A DNA stretch of 64,000 nt from Nageia nagi (taxonomy: Eukaryota > Plantae > Pinophyta): positions 177,444,001 through 177,508,000 of the forward strand of contig JBITNC010000001.1 of assembly GCA_050084985.1 (NCBI GenBank), read 5' to 3'. Of this stretch, positions 1 to 10,900 are shown piece by piece. The translations under genes and the position numbers were made by a program. Position 1 is the first letter of the stretch, and every line of letters starts with the position of its first letter. A model generated the notes under the pieces. That model did no database searches. It saw only the letters and a program-made list of their open reading frames with translations, and was not told the origin of the DNA.

Positions 1-432
1 CTACCCAATAATTTACTAAAATACCATGATACTATTGTATGATAGAGGTTGGGAATGACCCTTGGTCTTCCCTTAAGTTACATTTACTACCTAAATGTTA
101 GAACAAATAGAATATATGACATATTGGCCACCAAACAATTGCAGATGAAAGTTACAGACTACAGTTATATTTAGGAACATTTGTTTTATAAGATTGCTTA
201 GAAAATTATTTCATTTTTCTGATATCAGTCTTCTGTCATCTGATCTGGAATAGAAATAACCATGGTTTAGAAGTGAGGAATCAGGTTGATAGTTGTGCAA
301 GGTAGAACAGGGTTAAGCAAAGAATTCAAATTTGTCTTCTTCCTCCATTATTGGCATTACCATTTCCAACAACAGTAAAACACTCTTGTTATGGAAAAGG
401 TAGCATGCCTATGTAGCATCTAAATGTAGGCT

Positions 433-1440
433 TAATGGAGAGGCAACCTTTTAGTCTATGTTCCATGGGTACCTGTATCTGCCTCGCAAGGCCCTGAATT
501 GTCAGGCCTAGCATTTTGGGTACTTTGGGATGGGTACAAAATGTCCTCATGGTATACCCTAATTATTTTTTGTTGAGTTGTCCCCAAAACATTTTGTGCT
601 TGAGGGACCCGAACTGGAAATGTCTCCTTTCTGGGGATGTTCGATGGGACTTCTAGGCATTCCCAAAACTTCCAGGTATCTCGGAGACTCTTGGCTGTCC
701 CGAGACGCCTTGAAGACTCCTGGCCATTCCCAAAACTTGATGTATTTGTTAGTTTTTTTAAAATCAAATTTCTTTTAATTCTTGGTTTCTTACTGTCATT
801 GAAATTACTAGTTCACTTTCATAAACCTATAGTTTCTTAGCTGTGACATAAAGTGATGCGGAAAAACAAAATCTAAATCTTATAGTGGATCAGAGAAACT
901 TGCATAAGGATGTTAGTAAAGAAAAATAATCAGCTTAAAAAAGAAAGGTCTGTTTAATATTTAAAAATATATTTAATATTTAAATACTTAAAAATACATT
1001 TTAATATTTTAAACTATATTTAATATTTTAAATCTTCAAAATATATGTAAATACTAAATATTTAATATTTAAACATTTTAAAAAGTATTTAACATTTAAA
1101 AATATACTTAAATGATTAATTTCAAAAGAATATTTAAAAATCAGAAATCTGTATTATTATTTTTATATATTTTAATATTGTCATCTCCTATCCATCCCTT
1201 GTTGAACCTTTAAATCTGGCCAGATCCCAACCGTCCCCATGAATGCTGTTGTCCCCATCCCATGAACTTCAAGGAACACTGCTTTTAGTTAGGTAGAGGG
1301 TTATTACCATCACAAACTTAATGGAGACACAACCTTTTAGTTAGGTAAAAGATTATGGCCATCACAAACCTAATGGAGAGGCAACCTTTTAATTGGGGGA
1401 AAGTATTATGGGCATTACAAACCTTCCATGGAGAAACCAC
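433..1440. repeat. ~52-bp tandem repeat (about 3 units), first unit split by the MITE
   Basis: AATGGAGA(G/C)..AACCTTTTA.. recurs at ~433, 1320 and 1372, with a partial copy at ~1426. Confidence 0.75.
456..1281. mobile_element. hAT-type MITE (non-autonomous DNA transposon)
   Basis: Perfect 8-bp TSD CTTTTAGT (448-455 and 1282-1289). Imperfect TIRs CTATGTTCC...GGAACACTG, subterminal GTCCC motifs and an AT-rich low-complexity core. Confidence 0.85.
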
Positions 1441-2313
1441 TTCAAGGTCAACACTATTTGTGTTCCTTGTGATCAACAACCTTTGATGACTTACATATAG
1501 CTCCATTGCATGTCATTATTTTATAGGTGCAAGAGGATTACCCTTAGCACCTCTAAGTTCAATCAAATCATTGCTAAAGATAGCTCATCAATCCTAGGTT
1601 ACACATCCCTTTAGAGTATGACCTTCATCCTTATTAGCTTCACATGGATTTCATTACTACCCATACATTTTCCCTTATAACTTCTATGCATATGCTGAAA
1701 CTTCGCATATATCTACAAATATTGTTACATGTGCATGCGCTATATGGTGTATTCGCCTAACAACCATGTCATTCCATAGATAGCGAATCTGAATCAAAGC
1801 TATATGTAATAAATCTTGTACATTATGCTATTGCTGATGTCACATGATGCCAATACAAGAACACACTAGTTAGAGGACAATTTTTTGTGTGACTAATGGA
1901 AGGCTTCCCCTCTTGTGATTGTAAAACTTTTGATTATACTCCTCCGGTCCCAAGAACATACCAGCCTAAGGTTGTAAAACCTATGATTTGTCTAGGATTG
2001 GATGCACAAATAGCTATGTCATGCAATTAAATATACCCAACAAATTGAGAAGCGAAGATAAATCACATTTTAAAAACTAGTTTGCCACTATTTAGATGAG
2101 TGAAAAGGTATTTAGAAACCATTCCTGCATATTTTACACCGTCCAAGTTGTAATTGGTTGCAGAGTATGGTCAATTCATAGTTTCTTCTCTTTTATCTTG
2201 AGCAGCAACAACGAATATACCATATGTGGCAAACCTCATTTCAAATTCGATCTAGAAGATTTAAAAATAATAATCAGACCTTAAAACAAGGCAGATGCAA
2301 TATCTTTTTCTCA

Positions 2314-2625
2314 TAAACAACCCTGAAGATGTTTCATTATCATCTTATAGCATAAGCAACCCCAAAAATAACTCTTCCTACTCTTACAACAAAAACAACC
2401 TTAAAGATGTCTTTTACTTAGCTTACAATGTAAGCAGCCTTGAAGATATCTCTTTCTCTTCTTACAATAGAAGCAACGCTAAATCTCACTCATTTATTTT
2501 GCTTTAGAAGAAACTCTGAAGATATCTCTTCTTATCATGGAGCAGAAAAAATCCTGAAGATATATCTTATTCATCTTGTAATAAAGGCAATCTTGAAAAT
2601 ATCTCTTCCTAATCTGCCAACAGAA
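2314..2625. repeat. Degenerate 39-bp minisatellite
   Basis: AA(A/G)CAACC.TGAAGAT.TCT...TCTTA units; 13-aa periodicity in ORF 2295..2507 (NNPEDVS/SNPKNNS/NNLKDVF/SSLEDIS). Confidence 0.7.
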
Positions 2626-3747
2626 ATTGAAATTGAATACACCAAAATATATGAAGATACCTGATACAAAGTGAATCTGAAAAATACTTTCTAACCTCCA
2701 TGTTTAAAAGTCTGATTTGAGAGCTTACATGAAGTGGCGACAAGCTAGGTTCGATTGATACTATGCAGTGTGGGCACACTGCGTTTGAATTTGCGGCCAC
2801 TGTTGAAGGTGGATTCGTTGAAGCATCTCGATTGGAAGCAACACAGAGAGAAACGGGGGTTCAACAATGAGGACCTATGGCAAATTTTGAGGCGAAAGAG
2901 CTGACAAGGAGCGATGTTCGTCCAGACCTAGGGCATGTCAGGGGTGGCTCGGGCTCTAGCACACAACAACTTGCGCTTGGTTGATGAAGGGAACGAGGTG
3001 TCTACAGGGTTTGATTGACAAAGAGCATCTAGACACAATGTGAAGCGTCTACCAGGGTTTCTTGCGCAAGGCTTTGATCCAAATCAGATTTGGTTAAGCT
3101 AGGGCACAATAACAACAAAGACATCATTCTATCTATGCACTAGAAGGTGTATTAGCCTAACAACCATGTCCAATTACCATTACAAAAGAATCATTCTGTC
3201 TATGTCCTAATGCCTCGACTTGGCAAAAGATTATTCCACCTATGTATATACATGTGTATTTACATGTATTAAGGGCCTTCAAACTGGGTATTAACAAGAA
3301 AATTGAACAATAATTAATTCCTGGAAATGACAGTGTCAAAAAAGATGTTAGGGAATCCAATATATTGTAGTCAAAGACTTATGTAGCTCCTTATCAGTAT
3401 ATTTGCTTCACTCTGAGTTTTGTGTCTCTGTTTCGTAAGTGCTAAGTATGTTTCAAACATATAGTTTGGTGTAACCTTGGAATTCCACGGTAACATGGAT
3501 GAACATATTTCGTTTGTTATATTGTTATGATATTTCTGATAGTTGCACACTCATGAAGCATGGGTGACAGTTTTATGTCAGCATCTTCTATTGGGATATT
3601 TATTTTGTAGTGTTATTGTATTTGTTATGTGCAAACTCTAATATGTGATCAAGCTAGTGAAGACTTTGAAGTTTTTTTAGTTTGTGAAAAAATAGTAAAG
3701 TAGACTCCACATCTTCTTTACGTAGCACTGAACAAGTTCTTTTGCAG

Positions 3748-3830
3748 GTCCAAAACTTGCAGGCAAATGCTTCTTATATGGAAACTTTTCTGTTCATCAA
3801 CAAAGAAGATGGTGACAAAGGTGAACTTGG
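3748..3830 (+). CDS. VPS9-domain protein, internal exon (VQNLQANASYMETFLFINKEDGDKGELG)
   Basis: tttgcag acceptor and GG|gtatgt donor. The peptide fits the VPS9 C-terminal helix pattern (L.AN..Y...F......GELG). Confidence 0.8.
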
Positions 3831-3843
3831 GTATGTGGTTTGT

Positions 3844-4063
3844 CACTGTTCCAAAAAACACACATTTAAACATGTATTTGTGTTTAAATGCATTGTTTTA
3901 AAACCTACTTTTTTTCCCTTAAAAATACCTTTTAAAAAAAACCTATATATAAAAAAAAGAAACATATGGACCACATTTTTTTCCATTTTTCCTGTACTGT
4001 TGCTGTTTTTTAAAATTTGGCCCCAGAGATGTTTGTACCCGGTACTCGTTTTTTCAAACACTC
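3844..4063. mobile_element. Short hAT-like MITE just inside the intron
   Basis: Direct repeat GTTTGTCA (3838-3845, 4064-4071); imperfect TIRs CACTGTTCCAAAAAAC / GTTTTTTCAAACACTC. Confidence 0.55.
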
Positions 4064-4393
4064 GTTTGTCATGATTTAACATTTTTTTTTGTCAAATAGT
4101 ATTTCCATATACTATGTTCATTGTATTGTGTATAAGAACATGATTGGCTTATGGACATAGTTTTTACACCATTTGTTACACCTTGGGTTAAAATATTCTC
4201 CATAAGTTCATTTTCATTGTAAGAAACTGCAGGAAAATCTGCAAATCAAGTAGGTAGGTTATGTTGTTCAGAATTTGGATCCTTCACAAGTCTGTTGGCT
4301 CTATAAGACACAATTGATAGTCAAGCCATTTGGCATGTTAATGTGCACTCTTGCATTGGTTTAATGTTGATGGTGGACATAACTTTGTTGCAG

Positions 4394-4485
4394 ATTTCAT
4401 ATTACAAACTTTCTTGCTGCATGCAATTATTTGCAGTCAAGAGAGATGAAAGATATTGTAAGCCAAGTCACACCAAAGTGTGGAC
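4394..4485 (+). CDS. VPS9-domain protein exon (G-FHITNFLAACNYLQSREMKDIVSQVTPKCG)
   Basis: ttgttgcag acceptor and AC|gtatgt donor. The phase-2 join completes GELGFHITNFLAACNYL, the VPS9 'GE.GY..T.F.AA..Y' motif. Confidence 0.8.
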
Positions 4486-4752
4486 GTATGTCAAATTCCT
4501 ATTTACAGTCATCAAGTGTACATGGTAATCATATTATCTTATCACATTAACTATACACAGCTTTTGATGTTCCATTTTCTATCCAAGGTATCTCATTTAG
4601 TGTGAAATATGCTTTACATAACATTAGCTAGAATGATAATGATTTTGCCCACAGCTATAATTGTATTAATGCAATTATTAGAAAAAGATCAAGTAGAGAT
4701 TAGGATTGCAATACTTCCAGAACCCCTAGTTACTGACACATTGTCTTTCCAG

Positions 4753-4857
4753 ATGTAGATATGACGATAGGGGAGAATAACAGTAAGAATAGAAGCAGAG
4801 TTTGTGCTATACATGACACAGAAGAGTGGAGCAAGGATTCTTCATTTTATAGGAAAG
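4753..4857 (+). CDS. VPS9-domain protein exon (HVDMTIGENNSKNRSRVCAIHDTEEWSKDSSFYRK)
   Basis: gtctttccag acceptor and AAG|gtggtt donor; open in the required phase 1. Confidence 0.7.
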
Positions 4858-6213
4858 GTGGTTTCAGTTTTTCTGGAGAAACTCCTGATTTCTTATTGGC
4901 ATCAACTTACCAGTAAGGTGCCAATGGTGTATATGAATTCTTCTTTCAGCCAACAAAAATACCCTCTTAGTTTGTCTGCCAGAAACGAAGCAGCAAACTC
5001 CATTTTACGGAATTTTATTATATGGAAAAAAAGAGAATACAAAAATTGCCTGTGTAAGCAGGGCAATATATTATGTTAATCTCTTAAACTATGGGATCTA
5101 AAACGGTCCTCTAATTAGCTATGTTGCAGGCAAAATCATACCTGTTACCTGGCTTTTATAGTATTTACTTCACAGGAAGAGTAGATTCAGAATACAATAT
5201 AATGGCATTCTGTATATAAAACCGTTGTAAAAGTTGTTTAAAGGTATCTCTTTGGCCATAAGTACTGCATGGTCTAAATTATGGAACTTTGTATGCAAAA
5301 GGGGGGAATTTGCATTTACAGCTATGTTCTAGAGGTATACATGTGTGTATCTGTTAAAAATTGTAAACTCCAAGATTATTTCTATTGAAATTTGAAATGA
5401 CAGACTGGCTCTTCTACCTTTTCGAGGTTGTTGCAACAGTGATTTGAAGAAAGGAATTACACTTGCCACAGGTTTTCATAAAAACTGGTCATAATTACTT
5501 TATTTTATATGAAAAATGCCAAGCATTTCAATGATGGATGGTCCAGTGTAAGTTATTATAGTGTTAAATATTGAAATTGAAAAGCATTTTTGTTTCAAAT
5601 TAAGTGATAACTGTGACATACTGATCAAAGAGCAGAAGGGATTAAGATATGAAGGGGTTTGGATTTTTTGAAAAGTTTGGTTATACATTAAATTCTATTA
5701 AAGAGTGATTATTTTCATCACGTGGATTCTTTAATCATAAATCTAAAGCATGATGTTATAAAATCGTTTGACTAAAATATGTAACATTTTTAAGAGAAAA
5801 CTGGTAGTGCTAATGTATTGTGAAATGAAAAAAAATGTCGACAGTAAATAAATTGATTCGAACTTATGTTTTAAATATCTATGTGCTTCGATTTTTCTTG
5901 TGTCTCGTAAAGTTTATAAAATTGCATTGCTATTTCTATGAAGAGCATGTGACTAAAAGGGAGTTCGCATTCAAGTGGTTCAAACAAGCTGATTGGCGCG
6001 AGTCTACTAACTATGTCCTTAATGCAGCATACAAACAGCTTAAATCTTAGATGTGAACGATAAGAATATACCTCTCAGTTTAGGTGCAAAGAGAGACTTT
6101 ATATAAGATAATATAGAAAATGTGTTGCACATGTAAGACATTCCAAGTAATAGACATCATCTGCAGTACTATTTTATGATTTTGTTTAAAATGATATGGT
6201 ACTCGTGTTGCAG

Positions 6214-6270
6214 AGATAACACAGAATAGACGTCATCAACGGTGCAAAGATGAAGAGCATACAACCATTG
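6214..6270 (+). CDS. VPS9-domain protein exon (EITQNRRHQRCKDEEHTTI)
   Basis: gtgttgcag acceptor; only phase 1 is open; weak TG|gttaac donor (otherwise the frame stops at 6273-6275). Confidence 0.5.
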
Positions 6271-6435
6271 GTTAACGTATACACGGGCAAGAGTTATTTT
6301 AGTAGGAAGACCATGGCTTGACAATCCACCATTTCAGAAGAGTTATAGACTGACTTGAAGAGCTGATTGTAAAATGTGCTTGCTTAACCATATTTTGGAT
6401 CTTAAGAATTACATATTTTTATATTTTCTTAAAAG

Positions 6436-6483
6436 GAGCTGAAGTGGTAGATGATTATTTTGGAGGAGTTTCAGATCAATTCG
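6436..6483 (+). CDS. VPS9-domain protein exon (GAEVVDDYFGGVSDQF)
   Basis: ttttcttaaaag acceptor and strong CG|gtgagt donor; 48 nt, phase 1-1, open. Confidence 0.6.
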
Positions 6484-6549
6484 GTGAGTTGCATAATAAA
6501 TATGTTGAAGTTACACAACAGTTATGAATAAGTGAATTATACAATAAAT

Positions 6550-7935
6550 CATCTCGACACTCCACAATGATCTCAAATCTTTCGGGCGCTCTTTCTCATC
6601 CAGAAGACATCACAATAGTCACATCATCTTACATGAGTGGAGCATATATGCCTCTTGGCTTTACATCGATCCCAACCAAATCCCTTCTCCTGTTATCATT
6701 TGCCCTTCCTCCTCTGACTTCTTTTCCCCTACCCTCATCCATAAAGCCATCCGTAAACTTAGCTATGGGAAAGTGCTTGACATCGAAAACCTTCAAGCCG
6801 AATATCTCAACAACACTAGCTCCGTCTTGCCCCCTTCCTCTCCCATCTCTTCAACACCATCATTTGCATTAGCTTCTCCATCCTGTGGGCCCTAAACATT
6901 ATTCGCCCCATCCACAAATCAGGTGACCCTTGTGATCCGAGCAATTACTGCACCATTATGATTGGCCACACTATGGCCAAACTTTATACCACCATTCTTG
7001 AGGACTACATATCTCAGTTGGTAGATGCTGGAGGTTGTAGGGTAGGACAAACAAGTTTTCGCATAGATCATCGCACCATTGACCACATCCTCACTCTTCG
7101 AGCGATTATTGAGGAGGTTAAGTTTCAGAAGACCTCAATTTTCAGTTGTTTTGTAGATTTCAGGAAAGCTTTTGATACTATCCTGTGTCACAGACTCATG
7201 GATAGACTTAGATGATTGGGGATCCTCGAGCTAGGCCTTACAACCATCTTTACTCTATAAGAGTCGATGTCAGGGAGGGTGCGTACTGCAAAAGGTCTAT
7301 CTGACATGATTCATAGCACCATCAGGGTGAATCATGGTTGTCCACTCTCTTTAACTCTCTTCGATCTTTCTATTGATGAGTTAGTCACTTATACTCGAGA
7401 TTGCAGTCATCGACACCAGGTGTCTTCTCCACAACACTCATGTTCCCATCCTCTTTACCGATGATATTATATTACTCTCACACACATCAGCGAGACTTCA
7501 GCGTTTGATGGATACCCTTGATTTGTTCAGCACTAGACAGGACTTAGTGGTTAATCTCAATAAAACCAATATTGTGGTCTTCAACACCTCGAAGGCCATT
7601 GCTGATCAAACTCAGATCACTTACAGAGGTAGGATTATTGAGACTGCCACATCTTACATCTACCTAGGGGTGCTCTTCATGGGACCTTGATTCTCTATGC
7701 AAGCGGTAGCCCCGCCTAGAGTACGACAAGGATAGGCAAAAGTTTTCTCCCTGGAGAGGCAGTGTGTCCAACTCCATTTCCAGGATATCCCATCCAAGCT
7801 CCAATTATTCCACACTTTGGTCACTTCCATAGTATTATATGGTTTCGAGGTTTGGGGCCCGAGCTTGAGGAGTTCGGATTGGACCACAGTTGAGAGGGTC
7901 TTGGTTGGCACTCTTATCTATTTCTATTCGGAGTA
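6550..7935 (+). mobile_element. LINE (RTE-like) ORF2 reverse-transcriptase fragment inside the copia left LTR
   Basis: Translated motifs PIHKSGDPCDPSNYCTIM, FVDFRKAFD, HGCPLSLTLF, LFTDD, YIYLGV; frameshifts and stops. Confidence 0.88.
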
Positions 7936-7989
7936 AGAAAGTATTCATACTCCCCCTTGCTGATAAGAGGACCAACAATCAACTCTCTT

Positions 7990-10900
7990 AACAACACAAC
8001 TTGAGATTTTGCCACTGATTTTGTGAATATATCCACCACTTGATCTTATGTTGGACAATACCTCAATTTTACTATCCCCTTCTCCACCAAGTCCCAGATG
8101 AAATGAGTCTTCAAATCAAAGTGCTTTGTTCTGGAATGATGGACAAGGTTTTGTGCCAACTTGATGGCATTTTGGTTGTCATAAAAAAATGTTGTTTCAT
8201 GAGTTTGCTCCTCTCCAATCTCCTTCAACACCTTCCTCAACCATAGAGTTTGTGTTGAAGCACTTGTTACTGCTACATATTCAACTTCAATACTTGAAAG
8301 GGCTACAATGGATTATTTTTTGGAGCTCCATGATACCAGACCTGATCCAAGAGAGAAACAATTCCCACTTGTGCTTTTTCAATCATCCAAATCGCTACCC
8401 TAATCACTATCACTGAAACCTATGAGTTTAAACTTGGAATTACATGTATAATGTATTCCATAATTTACTGTTCCCTTCACATATCTGAGAACTCTCTTTG
8501 TTGCCTTGAGGTGTACAATTGATGGATCACTCATGTACCTTACAACCAATGAAACATCGAATTGCAAATCTGGTCTTGTATTTGTTAGAAACATAAGGCT
8601 TCCAACAATGCTTCTGTATTGTTTCTTGTTCACCTTTGGTTCTCCATCTTCTTTGCAAAGGTGTTCTCTATGGGTTGTAGGTGTTGCAACAGGTGTATAA
8701 TTCTCCATTTTGAACTTTTTCAGCATATCTTTTGCATATTTGGATTGTGACACAAAAATTTCATTTTGCATTTGACGCACCTTCAAGTCAAGAAAATAGC
8801 TCATCAAAACAGGATCTTTCATTTCAAATTCAGCCATCATTTGAGTTTTGAAATCTTCATTCATCTTGTTACTACTTCCCATGAAGATCAAATCATCTAC
8901 ATATAAGAAAACAATCAAAATATCAATACCATTTTTCTTAAAATACAAGGTAGACTCACACTTCTTTGAAAGCCTACACTTTTGAAGTATCCATCAATTC
9001 TTGTATACCAAGCTCTTGGTGATCCATAAACTATAAGATTAAAATTTCAATTTAACCTTTTCTTAGGATCAATTCACACTTAAAATAATTAAGTGCTTGT
9101 AAAGGAAAATCAGGAACAAATTTGTAAACACAGAGAATAGAAAAGCATTCACCATAGAAAGAGACAAGCAAAATTATCCTGGTTCACTCGGTGTGGGCTA
9201 CGTCCAGCTCAAAAGCTCTCTACTATCAGTGGGTGGAATCACTTTACAAGGCCTCCACGGTCCTTCAAAACCTCCTCTCACATTCACAACACACTCACAG
9301 CTCTGAAAATCACAAGAACTGAAAACAACTTTCCTGAAATCCTCCTCTTCTCTCCCTCCAATTTGCTCCCCTTTTTATACAATTTTGGGGGCTAAAATTG
9401 GAGAGTATTACAACTAGGAAATTTAATACAAAACCTATTTTCAGATACCCATTATCGTCCTTGATCTTCATGTCAAATTTGGGCTCAAATGGTTGTAGAA
9501 ATTTCCCCAAAATGAGCTCTAAAATCAAAATAATACGCTCACTGGATTGTTTCAGGCTTACAGAATTAAATCAGCCTAATAATAGGACCCTAGGCGAGTT
9601 AAAATCACCATAAACCTTTGAAAACACTAAAAATACATCAAAAAATACTAAAATTGGGCAGGTGCATTGTGGTGACGACATGTGGCGCATGCTTAGAGGA
9701 AGTCAACCTCCTGTTGACTGGTGGTGTAGGCTCCAAATTTGGGCGGCTTGGCTGGTGGTCTCGTGGGCGGCTTGGTGGCAGGCGGACGGCTAAGGCTGGC
9801 GTTCTCGTGGGTGGCTTGGTGGCAGGCGGACGGTTAAGGCTGGCAATCTCCACGTAGGCCTTGTCACGCCTCACCTCCTACGTGGTCCGGCGGGTCCCCT
9901 CTACAATGACCGCCAAAAACATTTTATTTTATTTTTTTTATTATTATTTTTTTAATCGTTTTAATTTTCTCAAAATACACAAATGGAATTAATATAATAT
10001 CTTCCACATACGGACTCGGATTCACGATCCGAAAGAAGTTTCGAAAAGCTGAAGACAAGGCGAACACAATGAACACACTGAAATGGAGATTATTGAATGT
10101 TGAAGGGATCCAAATTTTGGATCACTTGGAGCTTGTTTCATCCCATACAGTGCTTTCTTGAGTTTGTACACCCAATCTTCTTTTCCTGAAATCTCAAAAC
10201 CTTGAGGTTGTGCTACACACACTTCTTCATATATGTACCCATTGAGAAAGGCACTCTTCACATCCATGTGTTGGACTATCCAACTTGTAGCCGAAGAAAG
10301 TACTAATCTAATTGTTTCTTGCCTTGCAACCAGTGCAAATGTTTCTTCAAAATCCACACCATACTGTTGTGTGAATCCATTTGCCACTAGTCTTGCTTTG
10401 TATCTTTCAATGCTCCTACCACTTTTGCATTTTGTTTTGTACACCCATTTTGAACCAACCATCTTTTTACCTTTGGGCAACTCACAAAGTTTCCAAGTAT
10501 CATTCCTCTCAAAAACATCAATCTCCTCTTTCATAGCTTGCATCCAAACACCATTAGAACAAGCTTCTTCATAACAAGATGGCTCAATAACAATAGGATT
10601 TAAAACATGAACAACATTTGAAATAGAAGAACAAAGTGCATAATTTACCATTTCACTTTGGGCTCTCCACTATGTTTATCTCTATAAATCTGAATGCTCT
10701 TTAGTCTTGCAACTAGATTTTGAAATTCTTGATTTTGACTTCTTGTGATTCTCCTCATAGTGTTACCATCTATAATTTGGCTTTATGGATGATCCTTCAG
10801 CCATCTCTTGCTTTTGTTTCCTTGATTCATCAATCTTGCATTGGATGAACTTGGTGCACTCACACTTGGTGGTGTAGTGGAGCTAGATGGTCTTAGTGAG

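Noticed and set aside
2295-2507. 13-aa repeat protein exon
   Set aside because: No convincing phase-compatible splice sites or domain similarity; an open frame is expected from a 39-bp repeat.
3742-4074. 110-aa ORF as a single gene
   Set aside because: Only 3748-3830 is exon; the rest is intron and MITE read-through.
5130-5243. Extra candidate exons (acceptors at ~5129 and ~5175, donor at ~5244)
   Set aside because: Both hit stop codons in the required phase, while 4857 joins 6214 in frame without them.
6567-6872. 101-aa + strand ORF
   Set aside because: Off-frame reading of the LINE ORF2 fragment; the true frame gives KAIRKLSYGK...AEYL.
9618-9874. Overlapping Gly-rich and Pro/Arg-rich ORFs
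   Set aside because: They arise from the GC-rich tandem duplication inside a solo LTR.
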